DNA of 64,000 nt, taken from NCBI RefSeq assembly GCF_963921235.1, contig NC_086109.1, positions 6,574,001 to 6,638,000 of the forward strand. The letters are read 5' to 3'. Positions 23,320 through 37,599 of this stretch are shown here, piece after piece. This stretch comes from Mobula hypostoma. Lineage: Eukaryota. The stretch's first letter is position 1; each line of letters opens with the position of its first letter. The position numbers and the translations under genes were made by a program. The notes below the pieces were generated by a model that made no database searches, was not told the DNA's origin, and saw only the letters and a program-made list of their open reading frames with translations.

Positions 23320-23509
23320 CTAACAGAATGAGAAAAAAAGACAATAGAGTCTAGGATTTATGTATATAAAATTAACAAAGTTCAGGCACTTATTTGGGCC
23401 ATTTATAAATACATGGACAAATATCCAATTTCACTCAATCACCAACAAGGATTTATTTTGTAACCCTCCTATTTAATATCTAAATTTGGTTCCTTAGCAA
23501 CATCATCAA

Positions 23510-24000
23510 AAGAGTGTCTGCACTGCAGTGCAGTTCTGGTCACTTACCTACAAAAAAAGATATCGATAAGATTGAAAGAGTACTGAGGAAATTTACAAGA
23601 ATATTGCCAGGACTTGAGAACCTGAGTTAAAGGGAGAGGTTGAACAGATTAGGACTTTATTCCCTGGAGCATGAGAGAATGATGGGAGATTTGATAAAGG
23701 TGTACAAAATTATGAGGTGTATAGCTAGGGTAAATGCAAGGCTTTTTCCACTGAGTTTGGGAGAGACTAGAACTAGAGGTCATAGGCTAAGGGTGAAAGG
23801 AGGGTAGTGAGAGTGTGGAACGAGCTGGCAGTGGAAGTGGTAGATACAGGTTTGAACACAACATTTAAGAGAGTTTGGATAAGTACATAGCTAAGAGGGG
23901 TATGGAGGGCAATGGAGGTTCAGGTGCATGTTGATGGGACTAGGCAGAGTAACAGTTTGGCACAGACTAGACAAGCCAAAAGGGCCTATTTCTGTTCTGT
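23510..24000 (+). mobile_element. CR1 3' fragment
   Basis: Homologous to 19310-19835 (CVQFWSP...GLYSLE...GDLI). Confidence 0.8.
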
Positions 24001-25034
24001 GGAAACCATAAGAAATACGAGGTCTGGAAGTAGTCCACTCAGCCCCTCAAGTCTGTTTTCCCATTCAAAAAGATCATGTTTAATCATGTTCCCCCTTTCT
24101 CCACGACTCATTTCTCATTTACTAATTAAAATCTATGTGCCTTGAATATATTCAAGGATTCAGCCTCAGTCATTTTATTGGGCAAAGAATTACAAAGCCA
24201 ACCCTTTGAGAGAGGAAATTCTTCCTGATCTCAGACTCAAATGAGCCCCTATTATTATGGCCCTCTAATCCTAAACTCTCCTGCAAAGGAAGATATTTTC
24301 CTAGCATTACCTTGCCAAGACCCATAAGAATTTCATGTTTCAGTACAATTTCTGAGGGAGTGATCTTTTATAATTCATTCAACTGATCCTAAATATGTCA
24401 ATTAGCATTAAAACCTTGACAGTATGAATTCTATGTATTGTAAAGAGTTAACCTTTGTGCTTGTCAAATGTCTCATCACCATTGTGGCCCTAAACGTAAC
24501 AGAACTAGCAGCCAGAGCTTTAACTACTACTATGGGAATACACTATGAGAATGCAATATTATGAGAACAGCCATAGGAACATGAAGGTTAGTTGAACACC
24601 AGGATGGGACTCAGAAGAGTGGTGACAAACGACATTGGTTCTGATTTGGAGGCTTGAGATAGTGCTTTGTATTGGTCCACTTATTGCAGCATCTCAGTGG
24701 AAAGGATATAAAAGTAGAGCAGTTGGGGTGTTTGGAGGCAGTTTTTCAGAGCTTCACCGATGTGCTAGTTGTGAACAGTGCCACGGATCAGCAGAACGGG
24801 AGTTGTGTAACAGTGAGAGGGCCGCACATATCTAGATTAACATTTTAATGCTTGCTTTGTTCTGTCCTAATAAACGTAGTTTTATATTTCTAAGTAGATA
24901 ATGGGAATACACAACTTTCTGTCTTATTGAGTCGGATTAGAGAACCTATTGTTTTAACAAAACAGCACAATAAACATTATTACTACCTGGAGTCAACACA
25001 TAAACTATAGATGCATTAAAGACAAACATTTTAC

Positions 25035-25167
25035 CTGAAGCTGTTGAAAGCAGCAATTGTAAATATTTCAATAGAGGTAGTTGTTCTTTGCAATGTCCAT
25101 GCAAGTCATCAAAATCAAGTGTCCACACAAAAACTCCTCCCAAGTTATGCTCTTTTAACCATAGGAC
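25035..25167 (-). CDS. GH18 chitinase-like gene, 133-nt exon (end of TIM barrel)
   Basis: cttttgtag|GTC...TCAG|gtaaaa; [44 protein letters not shown](G). Confidence 0.92.
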
Positions 25168-26419
25168 CTACAAAAGTACATTTACTGTTAGTTGCTTACA
25201 ATGTTCTAACGATTGCGGAACAGCACTTCATTTTTCAATAGCAGATTATTGACCTTAACAATGAATGCAACAATTTCAGATAACTATTTTATATCAGAGC
25301 TGGCTAATACTGATGAAAATTCATTGGCCTTTTATCTTAACTCTTTTTAGAGTATTTCCAGCATTTTGTTCTAATTCAATTTCAATCATCTACAGTGTTT
25401 TATATCTCAAAGTTCCTGAATTTCTTTTCCCTTTTATGCTTTCATTCATCTTCTTCTATGTATAGTAGTAGTGTGATCACTCTAGTCAAGGATGATATTC
25501 TTCTATTTAAGGGGTTATTCACTTAATGGAGAATGCCTGTGCGTGACTTTGTTTAACATGGGCAGTCACAACAAGATCCTTGAAAGATCAGGGTTAGGAT
25601 TCAGTGGCATGGAATGTAAGACAAATACAGACACTTCATTACTACTTCCTTCCTCTGTCTTCACTGCTACTGTGATGCGTCATCATCTTCTGACAGCTCC
25701 ACTGATGAGGTCTTGGTTGGATTACTCTTTGTCTGGAACTGCCCCCCACTCCTGACCTTACTGCAATGATTGACCCTACCAGGAGCTAAGTGCCATATGC
25801 CTAAATTCTAGAAGGCATTGCTCTCAGGATCTCACAAACCTCCCCATCACGACAAGGTGACAATCCTTGAAGAAGGTTCCATGTATATCTCTTCAGGAGT
25901 AACCATTTGTGATTAACAAGCTGTTAACACCTTCCCTCAGTCTGTATCACAACCACTTGTGTGTTCAGCCTCTAGACTTTTTAATGTTATGGCAGACATT
26001 CCATTTACTCTTTCCACCCCTCCCTATATTTTTAGTCATAAGATACCGCTCATCTAACTCATGGCAGTTAGGATATCAATTTCTTGAATAGAATGACATA
26101 GAAAACTTCATACACAGATGCTAATAAATTTATCAACTTGGGACCTCCTGTAATTGGCCTGAATTCAAGAGTTAATTAAAAACTAATACACATTTAACTC
26201 AAAAACATATTATTTTCCCTAATGAGTAACAAGAACAAAATTATTGATTACTAATTTCTTAGAACACCAACTGTGCTTTGCTATAAAATTTGCTATATAC
26301 TTTGTGCTCGACAAGGTTCCCCATGGAAAGTTCATTCAGAATGTCAAGAGGCATGGGATCCATGGAAATTTGGTAGCACTGATTTGGAATTGGCTAGCTT
26401 GCAACAGGCAAAGGGATTC

Positions 26420-28395
26420 ACCTTTGAACCTGCTGCAGTTGTTACCAATTTCATTAAAACCTGTGTGGATGAGTGTGTGCACACAAAGACTTACTGTACA
26501 TTCCCAAACCAAAAGCTGTGGATGAACCAGGAGGTATGTCGTCCACTGAAGGCTAGATCTGTGGCATTCAAGTCTGACAACCCAGGCCTTTACCAGAAAA
26601 CCAGGCATGATTTGTGGAGGCTATTTTAAGGGCGAAGAGACAATTTCGAATGAGGTTGGAGGCGACATCGAATGCATGGCAACTCTGGCAGGGTCTGCAA
26701 GATATTACTTCCTACCAAGTGAAACCCAATAGCATGAATGGTAGCAATGTTTCACAACCAGATGAACTCAATGCCTTCTATGCACGCTTTGAAAGGTGAA
26801 CACAACTACAGCTGTTAAGATCCCTGCTGCACCTGATGACCCTGTCATCTCTGTCTCAGAGGCCAATGTTAGGCTGTCTTTAAAGACAGTGAAGCCTCTT
26901 AAGGCGGAAGGTCCCTATGGAGTACCTGGTAAGGCTCTGAAAACCTGTGCCAATCAACTAGTGGGAGTATTCAAGGACATTTTCGACCTTTCACTGCTAC
27001 AGGCAGAAATTCACACTTGCTTCAAGAAGGCAACAATTATACCAGCGCCTAAGAAGAATAATGTGGGCTGCCTTAAGGACACGCATCAACAGTGATGAAA
27101 TGCTTTTAGAGGTTGGTCATGACTAGACTGAACTCCTGCCTCAGCAAGAACTTGGACCCATTGCAGTTTGCCTATCGCCACAATAGGTCAACAGCAGACG
27201 CAATCTCAACAGCTCTCCACACGGCTTTAGACCTCCTGGACAACACAAATACCTAAGTCGGGATGCTGTTCATCAACTATAGCTCAACATTTAATACCAT
27301 CATTCCCACAGTCCTGATTAAGAAGTTGCAGAACCTGGGCCTCTGTACCTCCGTCTGCAATTGGATCCTCGACTTCCTAACCAGAAGACCACAGTCTGTG
27401 TGGATTGGTGGTAATATATCCCCCTGGCTGATGATCAACACTGGCGCACCTCAGGGGTGTGTGCTTAGCCCACTGCTCTACTCTCTATATACACATGACT
27501 GTGTGGCTAGACATAGCTTAAATACCATCTGTAAATTTGCTGATGATACAACCATTGTTGGTAGAATCTTAGGTGGTGATGAGAGGGTGAACAGGAGTGA
27601 GATATGCCGACTAGTGGAGTGGTGCCGCAGCAACAACTTGGCACTCAACATCAGTAAGATGAAAGAGCTGATTATGGACTTCATACATACATACATACAT
27701 ACATAAGGAATACATACCGATCCTCATAGAGCGATCAGAAGTGTAGAGAGTGAGCAGCTTCAAGTTCCAGGGTGTCAAGATCTCTGAGGATCTAACCTTA
27801 GTTATAAAGAAGGCAAGACAGCTACTATACTTTATTAGGAGTTTGAAGAGATTTGGCATGTCGACAAATACACTCAAAAACTTCTATAGTTGTACCGTGG
27901 AGAGCATTCTGACAGGCTGCATTACTGTCTGCTATGGAAGGGCTACTGCACAGGACCGAAAGAAGCTGCAGAAGATTGTAAATCTAGTCAGCTTCATCTT
28001 GATACTAGCCTACAAAGTACCCAGGACATATTCAGGGAGTGGTGCCTTAGAAAGGCAGCGTCCGTTATTAAGGACCTCCAGCACCCAGGGCATGCCCTTT
28101 TCTCACTGTTTCCGTCAGATAGGAGGTACAGAAGTCTGAAGCATATACTCCGCTATTCAGAACAGCTTCTTCCCCTCTGCCATCCGATTCTTAAGTGGAC
28201 ATTGCATCTTTGGACACTACCTCACTTTTTAAAAACAATATACAGTATTTCTGTTTTTGCACTTTTTAAACTATTCAATATACATAATTGATTTACTGAT
28301 TTTTTTTTCTCTCTGCTAGATTATGTATTGCATTGAACTGCTGCTGCTAAGTTAACAAATTTTATGTCACACACCAGTGATAATAAACCTGATTC
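26420..28395 (+). mobile_element. Rex1/Babar LINE, 5'-truncated, nested in a CR1
   Basis: [61 protein letters not shown]; 3' end AATAAACCTGATTCTGA; host CR1 resumes at about 28400. Confidence 0.9.
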
Positions 28396-28799
28396 TGATA
28401 GTTCATGAAACCTATTCTGCCCGGAGGTCAATAATTAGCTGTGTTCTGCAGGGATCTGTTCTAGCATCCCTGCAATTTGTAATTTTTATAAATGTCTTGG
28501 ATATGGAACTGGACAGGTGGGTAAGTTTGCAGAAGACATTAAGGTTGCTGGTGTTATGTATAGTGTAGAAAGTTATAGGATATAAACAAGATGCAGAGCT
28601 GGGCTGAGAAGTGGCAAACTGAGTTCAATCTGGAAAAGTATGAAGTGACATACTTTAATGGTGGGTGCAGGAAAGTTTAGGGGAGATGGCAGAGGTAGTT
28701 TTTTTTAAAAAAACCACAGTGTTAAGTGCCTGAAACGTAATGCCAGGGGTAGCGGTAAAGGATGATATATTAGGAACGTTTAAAGACTCCTAGATTTAA

Positions 28800-29380
28800 G
28801 GGATTCCTTAAGATTGTTATAGCTGGGGGGTGGAAATGGGAACAAGTTCCCACTACCTATTAGATGCTCCCAATGCTGTGCACCTCAAATAACAACCAAG
28901 TCTGGCTCCTGGCCTTCACATGTGGCTTAACTACTAAACTCAGCAGAACCATTTCTACTGACAGGAGAAGGGGCAAAGACAGGTTACTGGCACCTTAAAA
29001 CCAGTTGCTTTGGGCAAAATGGGGCTCGTTAGCTGTGGTTGGCAGCTCATCTAGAAGGAAAACTCAAATTTCTGCTGCCTTGTGGCTATACCTACTCATG
29101 GGGAAGGTTTAGGAGTAAACCCCAAGGGAAAAATCTGGAGCTGGAGTCCCTAAAGTAGTCCTACATTGAGTTCAATGTTGACCAGCAACTCCTGCAACAC
29201 TGCTGGTACCAAACTGTATCAGTTTCTACTTTTCCTTTGGGTTCATCAATTGTGTGGAGAGGGGGAGCTTGCTACACGGGCAGCAGCTTGCTCTCCATAT
29301 CATACTGTCCAGGCCTGCATATCTAGACAGCTAGGACACAATACCCATGGTCAACTCTGACCAACGGAGGCCCTCACCTC
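28800..29380 (+). repeat. Unclassified interspersed repeat, copy 2, inside a CR1 3' end
   Basis: Homologous to 4366-4895; AGATTTAA duplicated on both sides. Confidence 0.7.
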
Positions 29381-30086
29381 ACAGATTTAAAGATACATGT
29401 ATGAAAGAAAAATGGAGGGTTATGGGCTATGTAGGAGGGAAAGATTAGATTGATCATGAAGTAGGTTAAAAGATCAGCATATCATCGTGGGCTGAAGGGC
29501 TTGTACTGTGTGGTTCGGTTCCATGCTCAATATGAAAATGTTGGAATGACCCGACAATTGTGAGAAAGCAGTTGGCAGAACAGAGTTTAGAGAAGGAACA
29601 AGAACTGCACACTGATGATGGCTTCTCGAAAGGTGCTGAAACATCTGCAAACATTTTACCAAGCTTGGCAATCAACCAAACTTCCAATTTTTCTTCTGGT
29701 AAAAATTGTTCATAATTTATTTACGCAAGAGGTGCTGGAAATCCAGAGCAACACGTACGAAATACTGGAGGAACTCAGCAGGTCAGGCAACATCTATGGA
29801 AATGAATAAACAGTTGATGTTTTGGCCGTTCACCAGGACTGGAAAGGAAGGATATTATGTTTTCTTTGCGAATGCTGCTTCTCTGATACTCTGTGTCTAT
29901 GATGCTGTTGCAAACAAGTTTTTCATCGTGCCTATGCACACATGTATTTGTGCACCTGACAATAAATTGGACTTTGACTTTAAGACAAATGTAGGCCTAT
30001 AGGACTAGATTAAATGGGCATCTCGAGTCAGCATGGATGAGTTGGGTCAAAAGGCCTATTTGGTGGTGTAATATTTTGTGACTTAC

Positions 30087-30203
30087 TTTATGAAAAATGC
30101 TTTGCAGATTATCATATCCAAGCCAGATATTATCCTTGACTGCATATGGAACCTCTTGTTCTTCAATCCAAAAATATTGTGCACCCTTCAGAAAGTCACA
30201 GAT
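30087..30203 (-). CDS. GH18 chitinase-like gene, 117-nt exon
   Basis: ttgttaacag|ATC...AAA|gtaagt; ICDFLKGAQYFWIEEQEVPYAVKDNIWLGYDNLQSIFHK. Confidence 0.93.
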
Positions 30204-32689
30204 CTGTTAACAAGACAGATTAAATATTATTACTCATAGCAAATTGGCATCTACACTTTTGCTGTTGTTCCTTTCCGTGCCTTGTGGCGTATCGGGCAGT
30301 AACCTTGCCATTTCTTTAGTATTTTTGTCTGTATTTTACAAAGCCAAGTTGCTAGTTCAAGACTCAATGCAGCACAGATGGAAAGCGTGCAAGGATCCAG
30401 CTGGAATCAAACCTGGGACCACTCGCTCGAAGCCAAGTGTGGATGCCACTGCACCACTGGCCAGAAATCTACACTTTTACTGTATAAAACATAAAATGTA
30501 CCAGGTATATGTTACCATATTTTCTGCTTAAAGTGATTAAAATGTAATTTGATCATTAGGTTCCCTTGTTTGTGTTGTACATAGGGATGAAAGACAAACC
30601 GTAGTTTTCATGTCAAGGAGGAAATGGATAGATGAGGGAAAACCTGGAATAGATATACTCAATTCATTAATAATAGATTACAAAGGAATGGCCATCTCCA
30701 ATAAGATTCTGCCTTGAAATTCAAAGGCTTTACTGTGATGACACCCTATTATGAATATTCTGGGGGGGTGTAGGTCAACAGAGAAGAGATACTAAGCAAT
30801 AATGAACCAACTGCATTAACACTATAACTAGATGAGAAGTCAGAGTTTGCTTATTCTGTGGTGAATGACTCAACTGCTGACACCTTTCCACCATTTACAG
30901 GGCACAATTCAGAAGCAAAATGGAGAACTTCTCACTTGCCTGGATAAATGCCACACCAAGTTCTCAGAAAGCTCTCTATTATTCAGGACAAAGCAGCCCA
31001 AACATACACCTCTCTGGATATTTATTCCCTCCAGAGTGTTTGTAGTAGCACCAGCTACAAAATCCACCGTGGTTACTTGATGAGGAGTTATTTTGACAGT
31101 AACTTGATACCTGCGATCTCTACCACTAAGGGCAAGCTAACAGGTACATGGGAAATCCCTCTAAGTCACACTTTATCCTGACTTGAAAATATGTCGCTGG
31201 TCCGTCATTGCCCCCAGCACAAAATCCTGAAATTCCCTTCTCAACAGCACGGTTGTGTAGCTGGGGCAACTCTGGCCCAATAACTTCAACAACTGATTAA
31301 ATCACATTCATTCATGCTGTTTACATTCACCCTTGATGGTTTAGGTTTGGTCCAGATGTTCCAATTTCCTCCCACATTGCAAGGATGTGCAGGTTGGCAA
31401 ACCACTCTAAATAGTTCTGAGTGTGTAGGTGAGTGGTAGAATATGGGTGGGGGGGGTGAAGTTGAGCAATTGGACTAATTATAAATGGGTGCTTTCTGGA
31501 CAGAACTGGGGTAAAGTTTCCATACTGTATAGCTTTATGGGAAGAGAGCACATGCTGATAATTGCCTTAAATCTGTACATATATGCTATAGAAAGTATTC
31601 TGACAGGTTCCATCGCTGCTCTGGACTGACTGAACCTGAAGACTGTGGTAAACATAACCCTGCCCATCATAGGCTCAAGACTTCCTGCTGCCTTGAGCGT
31701 TTCCTTTTCTCTCTTCTAGCTTCTGAGCAAACATACAGGAGCTTGAAAGCTCAAATATTCAGAAAGGCTTCTTCTCCACAGCTATCAGACTTCTGAGCGA
31801 ATCACCTCTTTCACAACATCTTCCTGGTGGTGTTGTCATGTTATTGTACTTTTAACTCTACATTTCTTATTCTGTTATTGGCACTTCAGTTTTTTTTGCA
31901 CTATTTCAGACTGCATACCTTTGCCTCATTTTGCAGTTTTGCACATCATTGTATCTATTATTACCATAGATACAGGCTACTTCAAGCTTCATCTGAGCAA
32001 GGAATTTCATTGCACCCCGCTCTAAATGACAATGAACTAGTTCATATTTCCATGTGCAGCTGAAGACCTTTCTTTTGGCTACCTTCATTTTTTTCCAGCT
32101 AGGTTGAAAGAGGGTTGTGCCTTCTTGGAAGTCAGATTTCCACAGAATAACCCTTTCAGGTCCTTTCAAGTTCAGGTTTAATTGTCATTCAACATTACAC
32201 ATTTTAATGGAACAGCACTGCTCCGGGGCCAAAGTGCAAAACAATCACACACAACACAGCACATATAGTTATAGTCAATCACAAAAAAAATTAGCGCAAG
32301 TCCCTGAGTGGCATGGGCTGAAGATTGATGATGCATGGGATGTTATCCTTGAGCCACGTTTCTACAAGAACAAGTATGTAACAGTTCCTCATCTCGACTG
32401 TTTCAGCAGATGAAGACAAATCAGATGTTTCACATTGGGTCAGCTGCAGACAATCCAGCTTGTCTTCCACAGAGCGAACACTGGAGAGCAGCACCAACCA
32501 CGAGTTACAATAATCACGCCCTGTTCAACATTCACACTGCATAATTTCAGATGGCATAATTTTCCTCTTCAAAGCTAACATACGTGGTTTTAGTGGGAGA
32601 ACCTCTGGCTTCAAGTAGGCCAAGCTTTCCAATGTATTGCCACTAGCAAGACCTTCAACTTTCAACAAAGATTCATAGACCAAATCAAA

Positions 32690-33620
32690 GGTGGTAAACC
32701 AGAATATAGGAAGGAGATTGAAAATCTGGCTGAGTGATGCCACAATAACAACCTCTTACTTGATGTCAGCAAGACCAAGGAGCTTATGATTGACTTCAGG
32801 AGGAAGAAACCGGAGGTCCGTGAACCAGTCCTCATAGGGGGAATCAGAGATGGAGATGGTCAGCAACTTTAAATTCCTTAGTGTTACCATTTTACAGGAC
32901 CGGTTTTGGGCCCAGTACGCAAGTGCAATTACGAAGAACGCATGGCAGCACCTGTACTTCCTTAGAGGTTTGCAAAGATTCAGCATGACATCTAAAACTT
33001 TCATAAACTTCTATAGATAGGTTGTGGAGAGTATATTGACTGTCTGCATCATAGCCTGGTATGATAACACCAATGCCCTTGAACAGAAAATTTGAGAAAA
33101 AGTAATGGATATGGCCCTGTCCATCACAGGTAAAGTACTTCCTATCATCGAGCACATCTACACAGACCATTGCCACAGGAAACAGCATCCATCATCAGTG
33201 ACTTCCACCACCCAGCTAATCCTCTCTTCTCACTGCTGCCAGCAGAAAGTAAATTCAGGAGCCTCATGTTTCACACCACCAGGTTCAGGAACTGTTATTA
33301 CCCTTTAACCATCAGGCTCCCGAACCAAAGGGAATAACTTCACTCAACATCACTCACTCCAACACTGAAATATTCCCACAATATATGGACTAACTCTCAA
33401 AAACCCTTCATCTCATGTTCTTGATGTTTATTGCTTATTTACAGTATTTAGTACTTTTTCTTTTTGTATTTGCAGTTTCTTGTCTTTTGTGCATTGGTTG
33501 TCTGCCCATTGGTGCAGTCTTTCATTGATTCTATTATGCATTTTGGATTTATTGAGTATGCCTGCAAGAAAATGAATCTCAGGATTATATATGGTGACAT
33601 ACAGATAAATTTACTTTGAA
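32690..33620 (+). mobile_element. Rex1/Babar 3' fragment
   Basis: Decayed NNLLLDVSKTKELMIDF and LYFLRGLQRFSM; 3' UTR ending ACTTTGAACTTT. Confidence 0.75.
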
Positions 33621-33865
33621 CTTTGTGGATAACAGTGTTGCTCATATCTCCATTCTATAACCCTTCTGACCCCAGTAGAGATTTGCTTTCAGTGGAGAGC
33701 TTTCAGGCCTGTAAGAGGTTAACTGGATTTGCAAAACCCTGTGTTCAAAATGGAGGGAAGCATTTAGCTTCTATCATGAATGCAACCACAAGCATAAAAA
33801 TACTATACAATTAGCAATTAGTTTAGATTTCATTTACTGAACTAAACATTCTCAATTTTTATCAC

Positions 33866-34048
33866 CTCAAAATTTGACACGATGCCTGGTATGTTTGTGA
33901 ATTCAGATGCTGGTCCAGGACCAGATATTGGAGCACCAACGTCGGAATTTGAAGTGGAGAGATTGAAGCTCCGCCCATAAGTTGCAATTCCAACTAGCAG
34001 TTTTCCTCCTGGAACACCTTTTCCTTTTAAATATTTCATAACAAATTC
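33866..34048 (-). CDS. GH18 chitinase-like gene, 183-nt exon
   Basis: ttgcag|GAA...GAG|gtgata; EFVMKYLKGKGVPGGKLLVGIATYGRSFNLSTSNSDVGAPISGPGPASEFTNIPGIVSNFE. Confidence 0.93.
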
Positions 34049-34145
34049 CTGCAATTCAAACAGTGGTTCAAAAAAGATTAAACACATTTTGAAACCTCTT
34101 TTCAGAAAATTATTCAACATTAAAAAAAGAATGTGGTTATATGAT

Positions 34146-34665
34146 CAGTGGCCACTTTATTAAATACACTTATATGCCTAATTAATGCAAACATCTAACT
34201 AGTCAATCATATGGCAGCAACTCAATGCATAAAAGCATGCAGACATGGTCAAGAGGTTCAGCTGTTGTTCAGATGAAACATCAGAACGGGGAAGAAATGT
34301 AACCTAAGTGACCTTGACCATATAATGATTGTTGGTGCCAGACAGGATGGTCTGAGGAACTCAGAAACTGCCGATATCCTGGGAGATTCATGCACCACAA
34401 TCTCTAGAATTGACAAATAATGGTGTGAAAACAAACAAAACAAAAAATCCAGTGAGCAGCTGTTCCGTGAGCAAAACGCCTTGTTAATGACAGAAGTCAG
34501 CGGAGAATGGCCAGCCTGCTTCAAGCATTCAGGAAGGCGACAGTAGCTCAAATAACCATGTGTTTCAACACTGGTGTAAAAAAGGGCATCTCTGAACGCA
34601 CAACACAAAGTGGATGAATGGGCTACAGCAGCAGAAGACAACTCCTGTACCTAATAAAATGGCTA
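34146..34665 (+). mobile_element. Non-autonomous Tc1 derivative, third copy
   Basis: CAGTGGCCACTTTATT start; homology to 13914-14812. Confidence 0.7.
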
Positions 34666-34715
34666 CTAACTATAGGTTTGCCCTATACAACTACAATAGG
34701 GATTTGTAAACATAC

Positions 34716-34839
34716 AATATTAAAATACATGAAATCACCCTCTTCAGATTTTCGGCGATGCAAAGGAGTGCTGTGTCCTGTGAAGGAGTTCCATGGGCCA
34801 TTGAAATCAAATGTCATCACACTAATAAAATCCAGATAT
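34716..34839 (-). CDS. GH18 chitinase-like gene, 124-nt exon
   Basis: tttctgtag|A...ATT|gtatgt; YLDFISVMTFDFNGPWNSFTGHSTPLHRRKSEEGDFMYFNI. Confidence 0.93.
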
Positions 34840-35508
34840 CTACAGAAATTAAAATATAATCCATGTTATCCATAAATTATTATTCAATGCTCTACATATT
34901 ATCCAACAACAGTTATTTATTCAATTAGTAATGGATTAATTCAGGGTATAATTAGGGTGAAAAATATTTCAGATCGTTCTCCATTGTTGCTAAAATCATT
35001 TGATGTTGCTTTCAGTGAACACAAGTAACCTACTTGATGCAGAAAATTAGAATCCAAAATGAAAACAACTACTAAAATAACTCAATTAGATTATACATCT
35101 AGAATCAAGTACTCATGAACTTAATGCACAAGTTCAAATCTCACTAAAGGAGGAATCTCTGGACATCATAAAATTGGGACCATTTGTAATACGGTCAACT
35201 TCACTGACACCCAAACAGGAAGAGGATGACAGGAAAATGGGCCAATAATGGAGCTAGTTTTAAAAGTGATTTCAGAAGAGACATAACAGCAATGAGGTCA
35301 GGGAAATGTTTAGATTGCAAGACTTCGCTTCCTGGAGCGGAAGTAAATAAATAAAAGGTTGGGATGTAGGCAAAGGTAAGCAGAGTCACAACAGAAAAAC
35401 AAAATGATAAATTAGAGCATCAATTACAGAGGATGGAGAAAATGGCTGTCAGGCAGATAGAGACAACTTCAGCAGAGATAAAGATCAAATAATATAAAGA
35501 AAATAGGT

Positions 35509-35980
35509 AACGCACATCAAAGTTGCTGGTGAACGCAGCAGGCCAGGCAGCATCTCTAGGAAGAGGTACAGTCGACGTTTCAGGCCGAGACCCTTCGTCA
35601 GGACTAACTGAAAGAAGAGATAGTAAGAGATTTGAAAGTGGGAGGGGGAGGGGGAGATCCAAAATAATAAGAGAAGACAGGAGGTGGGAGGGATGGAGCC
35701 AAGAGCTGGACAGGTGATTGGCAAAGGGGATATCAGAGGATCATGGGACGGGAGGCCGAGGGAGAAGGAAAGGTGGGGGGGAACCCAGAGGATGGGCAAG
35801 GGGTATAGTCAGAGGGGCAGAGGGAGAAAAAGGAGAGAGAGAAAGAATGTGTGTATATAAGTAACGGATGGGGTATGAGGGGGAGGTGGGGCATTAGTGG
35901 AAGTTAGAGAAGTCAATGTACCTCTTCCTAGAGATGCTGCCTGGCCTGCTGCGTTCACCAGCAACTTTGATGTGTGTTGC
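35509..35980 (-). mobile_element. Penelope-like element 3' end with short inverted terminal copy
   Basis: Nearly identical to 44281-44700; 35917-35980 is the reverse complement of 35509-35570. Confidence 0.8.
35570..35605 (-). ncRNA. Minimal type-I hammerhead ribozyme motif
   Basis: AGUC-CUGACGA-A-GGGU-CUCG-GCCU-GAA-ACGU-C-GACU on the - strand. Confidence 0.65.
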
Positions 35981-37599
35981 TTTACTTATCACCTGTTAGC
36001 TTGTACTCCTTCTCTCTCCACCTTATTCTAGCTTCTGCCCATTTCCTTTCCAGACCCAATGAAGAGTCTCAGCCCGAAAAGTTGACTATTTTGTTCCGCT
36101 CCATAGATGTTGCCTGATCTGCTGAGTTCCTCCAGCATTTTGTGTCTGTTGCTCCGCATTTTCAGAATCACTTGTATTTACTATAAAATACTTTTATTTA
36201 GGTTCAATGGTCTACCTAAGACTCTCACTCAGTATCCCCAGTGTATACTGTAGCAGAGTCTAAATAACCAACTTATTCAAGAAACTCACCATCAATTTAC
36301 AAGATTTTCGTTATGTGCTGTCCTGAATTGAGCCATAATTAAGAGGGCAACTGGGCCCAATGTGAAAGCCAGATTTGGAGTGCAGATCAAAAACACAAAT
36401 TCCTCAAGTGCCCACCATGGGAAGTGATGAATTTAAACTCAGATAATGAAGTAAATTATGAATTTACAGGTACATAACTCTTTGTTACCTGCTTGCAACT
36501 CCCAACCAACAGTAATGCGGGTGTCACTGAATCCTCCTTTGAAATGATCTTGTAGGATACTCAGTTTTATCAGATTTAAAAAAATATTAGCTTTAGTCAT
36601 CGCAGGTACAGGGAAATGCATCGTTTGCATCAATGATCAACATAGTCTGAGTATGTGGTGGGGGCAGCCCACAAGTGTTGCCATATTTCCAGCGTCAACA
36701 TAGCATGCGCACAATTTACTAATCCTAACCCGTATGTCTTTGGAATGCAGGAGGAAACCAGAGCACCTGGAGGAAATCCACGCGGTCACAGGGAGAATGG
36801 AAAAACTCCTTACACATTGTGGTGAGAATTGAACTCTAGTTGCTGGCACTGTAAAGCGTTAAACTAACCACAACACTACCACTAAACCAAATTATAAAAG
36901 GACAAGCAAACTGCCTGCCCTGCTTTATTCCCCCCGTGTATAGGATTCAACACAGACAGACTTACACAGCACATTTGACCCTACAGCCCGCAATGTTGTG
37001 CCGAGCGAATTTAGTTATGAAAATCCCTTCTTCCCACACAATGCCATATCCTTCCACTTCCTGCACATTCATGTGTCTATCTAAGCATTTCTTGAATGCC
37101 TCTATTGTATAGGCTTCAATCACCACCCTCAGGCAGCACATTCCAGACATCCAGCATTCTTTATTATAAAGAAACTTGCTCCTTATATCTCCTAAGAGCT
37201 TAACTTAAATGCATAACTGATGGTATTAGACATTTCAACCCTGGGAAAAAGTTTCTGGCTGTTTAGTCTATTTATGCCTCTCATAATCTTATAAACCTCT
37301 ATCAGATCTCCATTTAGCCTCTGCCACTCCAGAGAAAACAACCTAAGTTTGTCCAACCTCTCCTTAAGGCAGCATCCTGGTAAACTTCTTCTGCGCCCTC
37401 TTCAAAGGCTTATTTATTATCTATACAACTCTGCAATTCTCCAGGTTGCCATGAAACCAAAAAAGAAAGGCAGCATGAACGTCAACTCCCAAATCCCACC
37501 TGCCCACACACAAAAAAAACAAAAATGGATTAGGTACATCGACCCCAAATACCCCTCCCTGCATAAAAAAACTAAGAAGATCAGATGAAAAACACAAAA

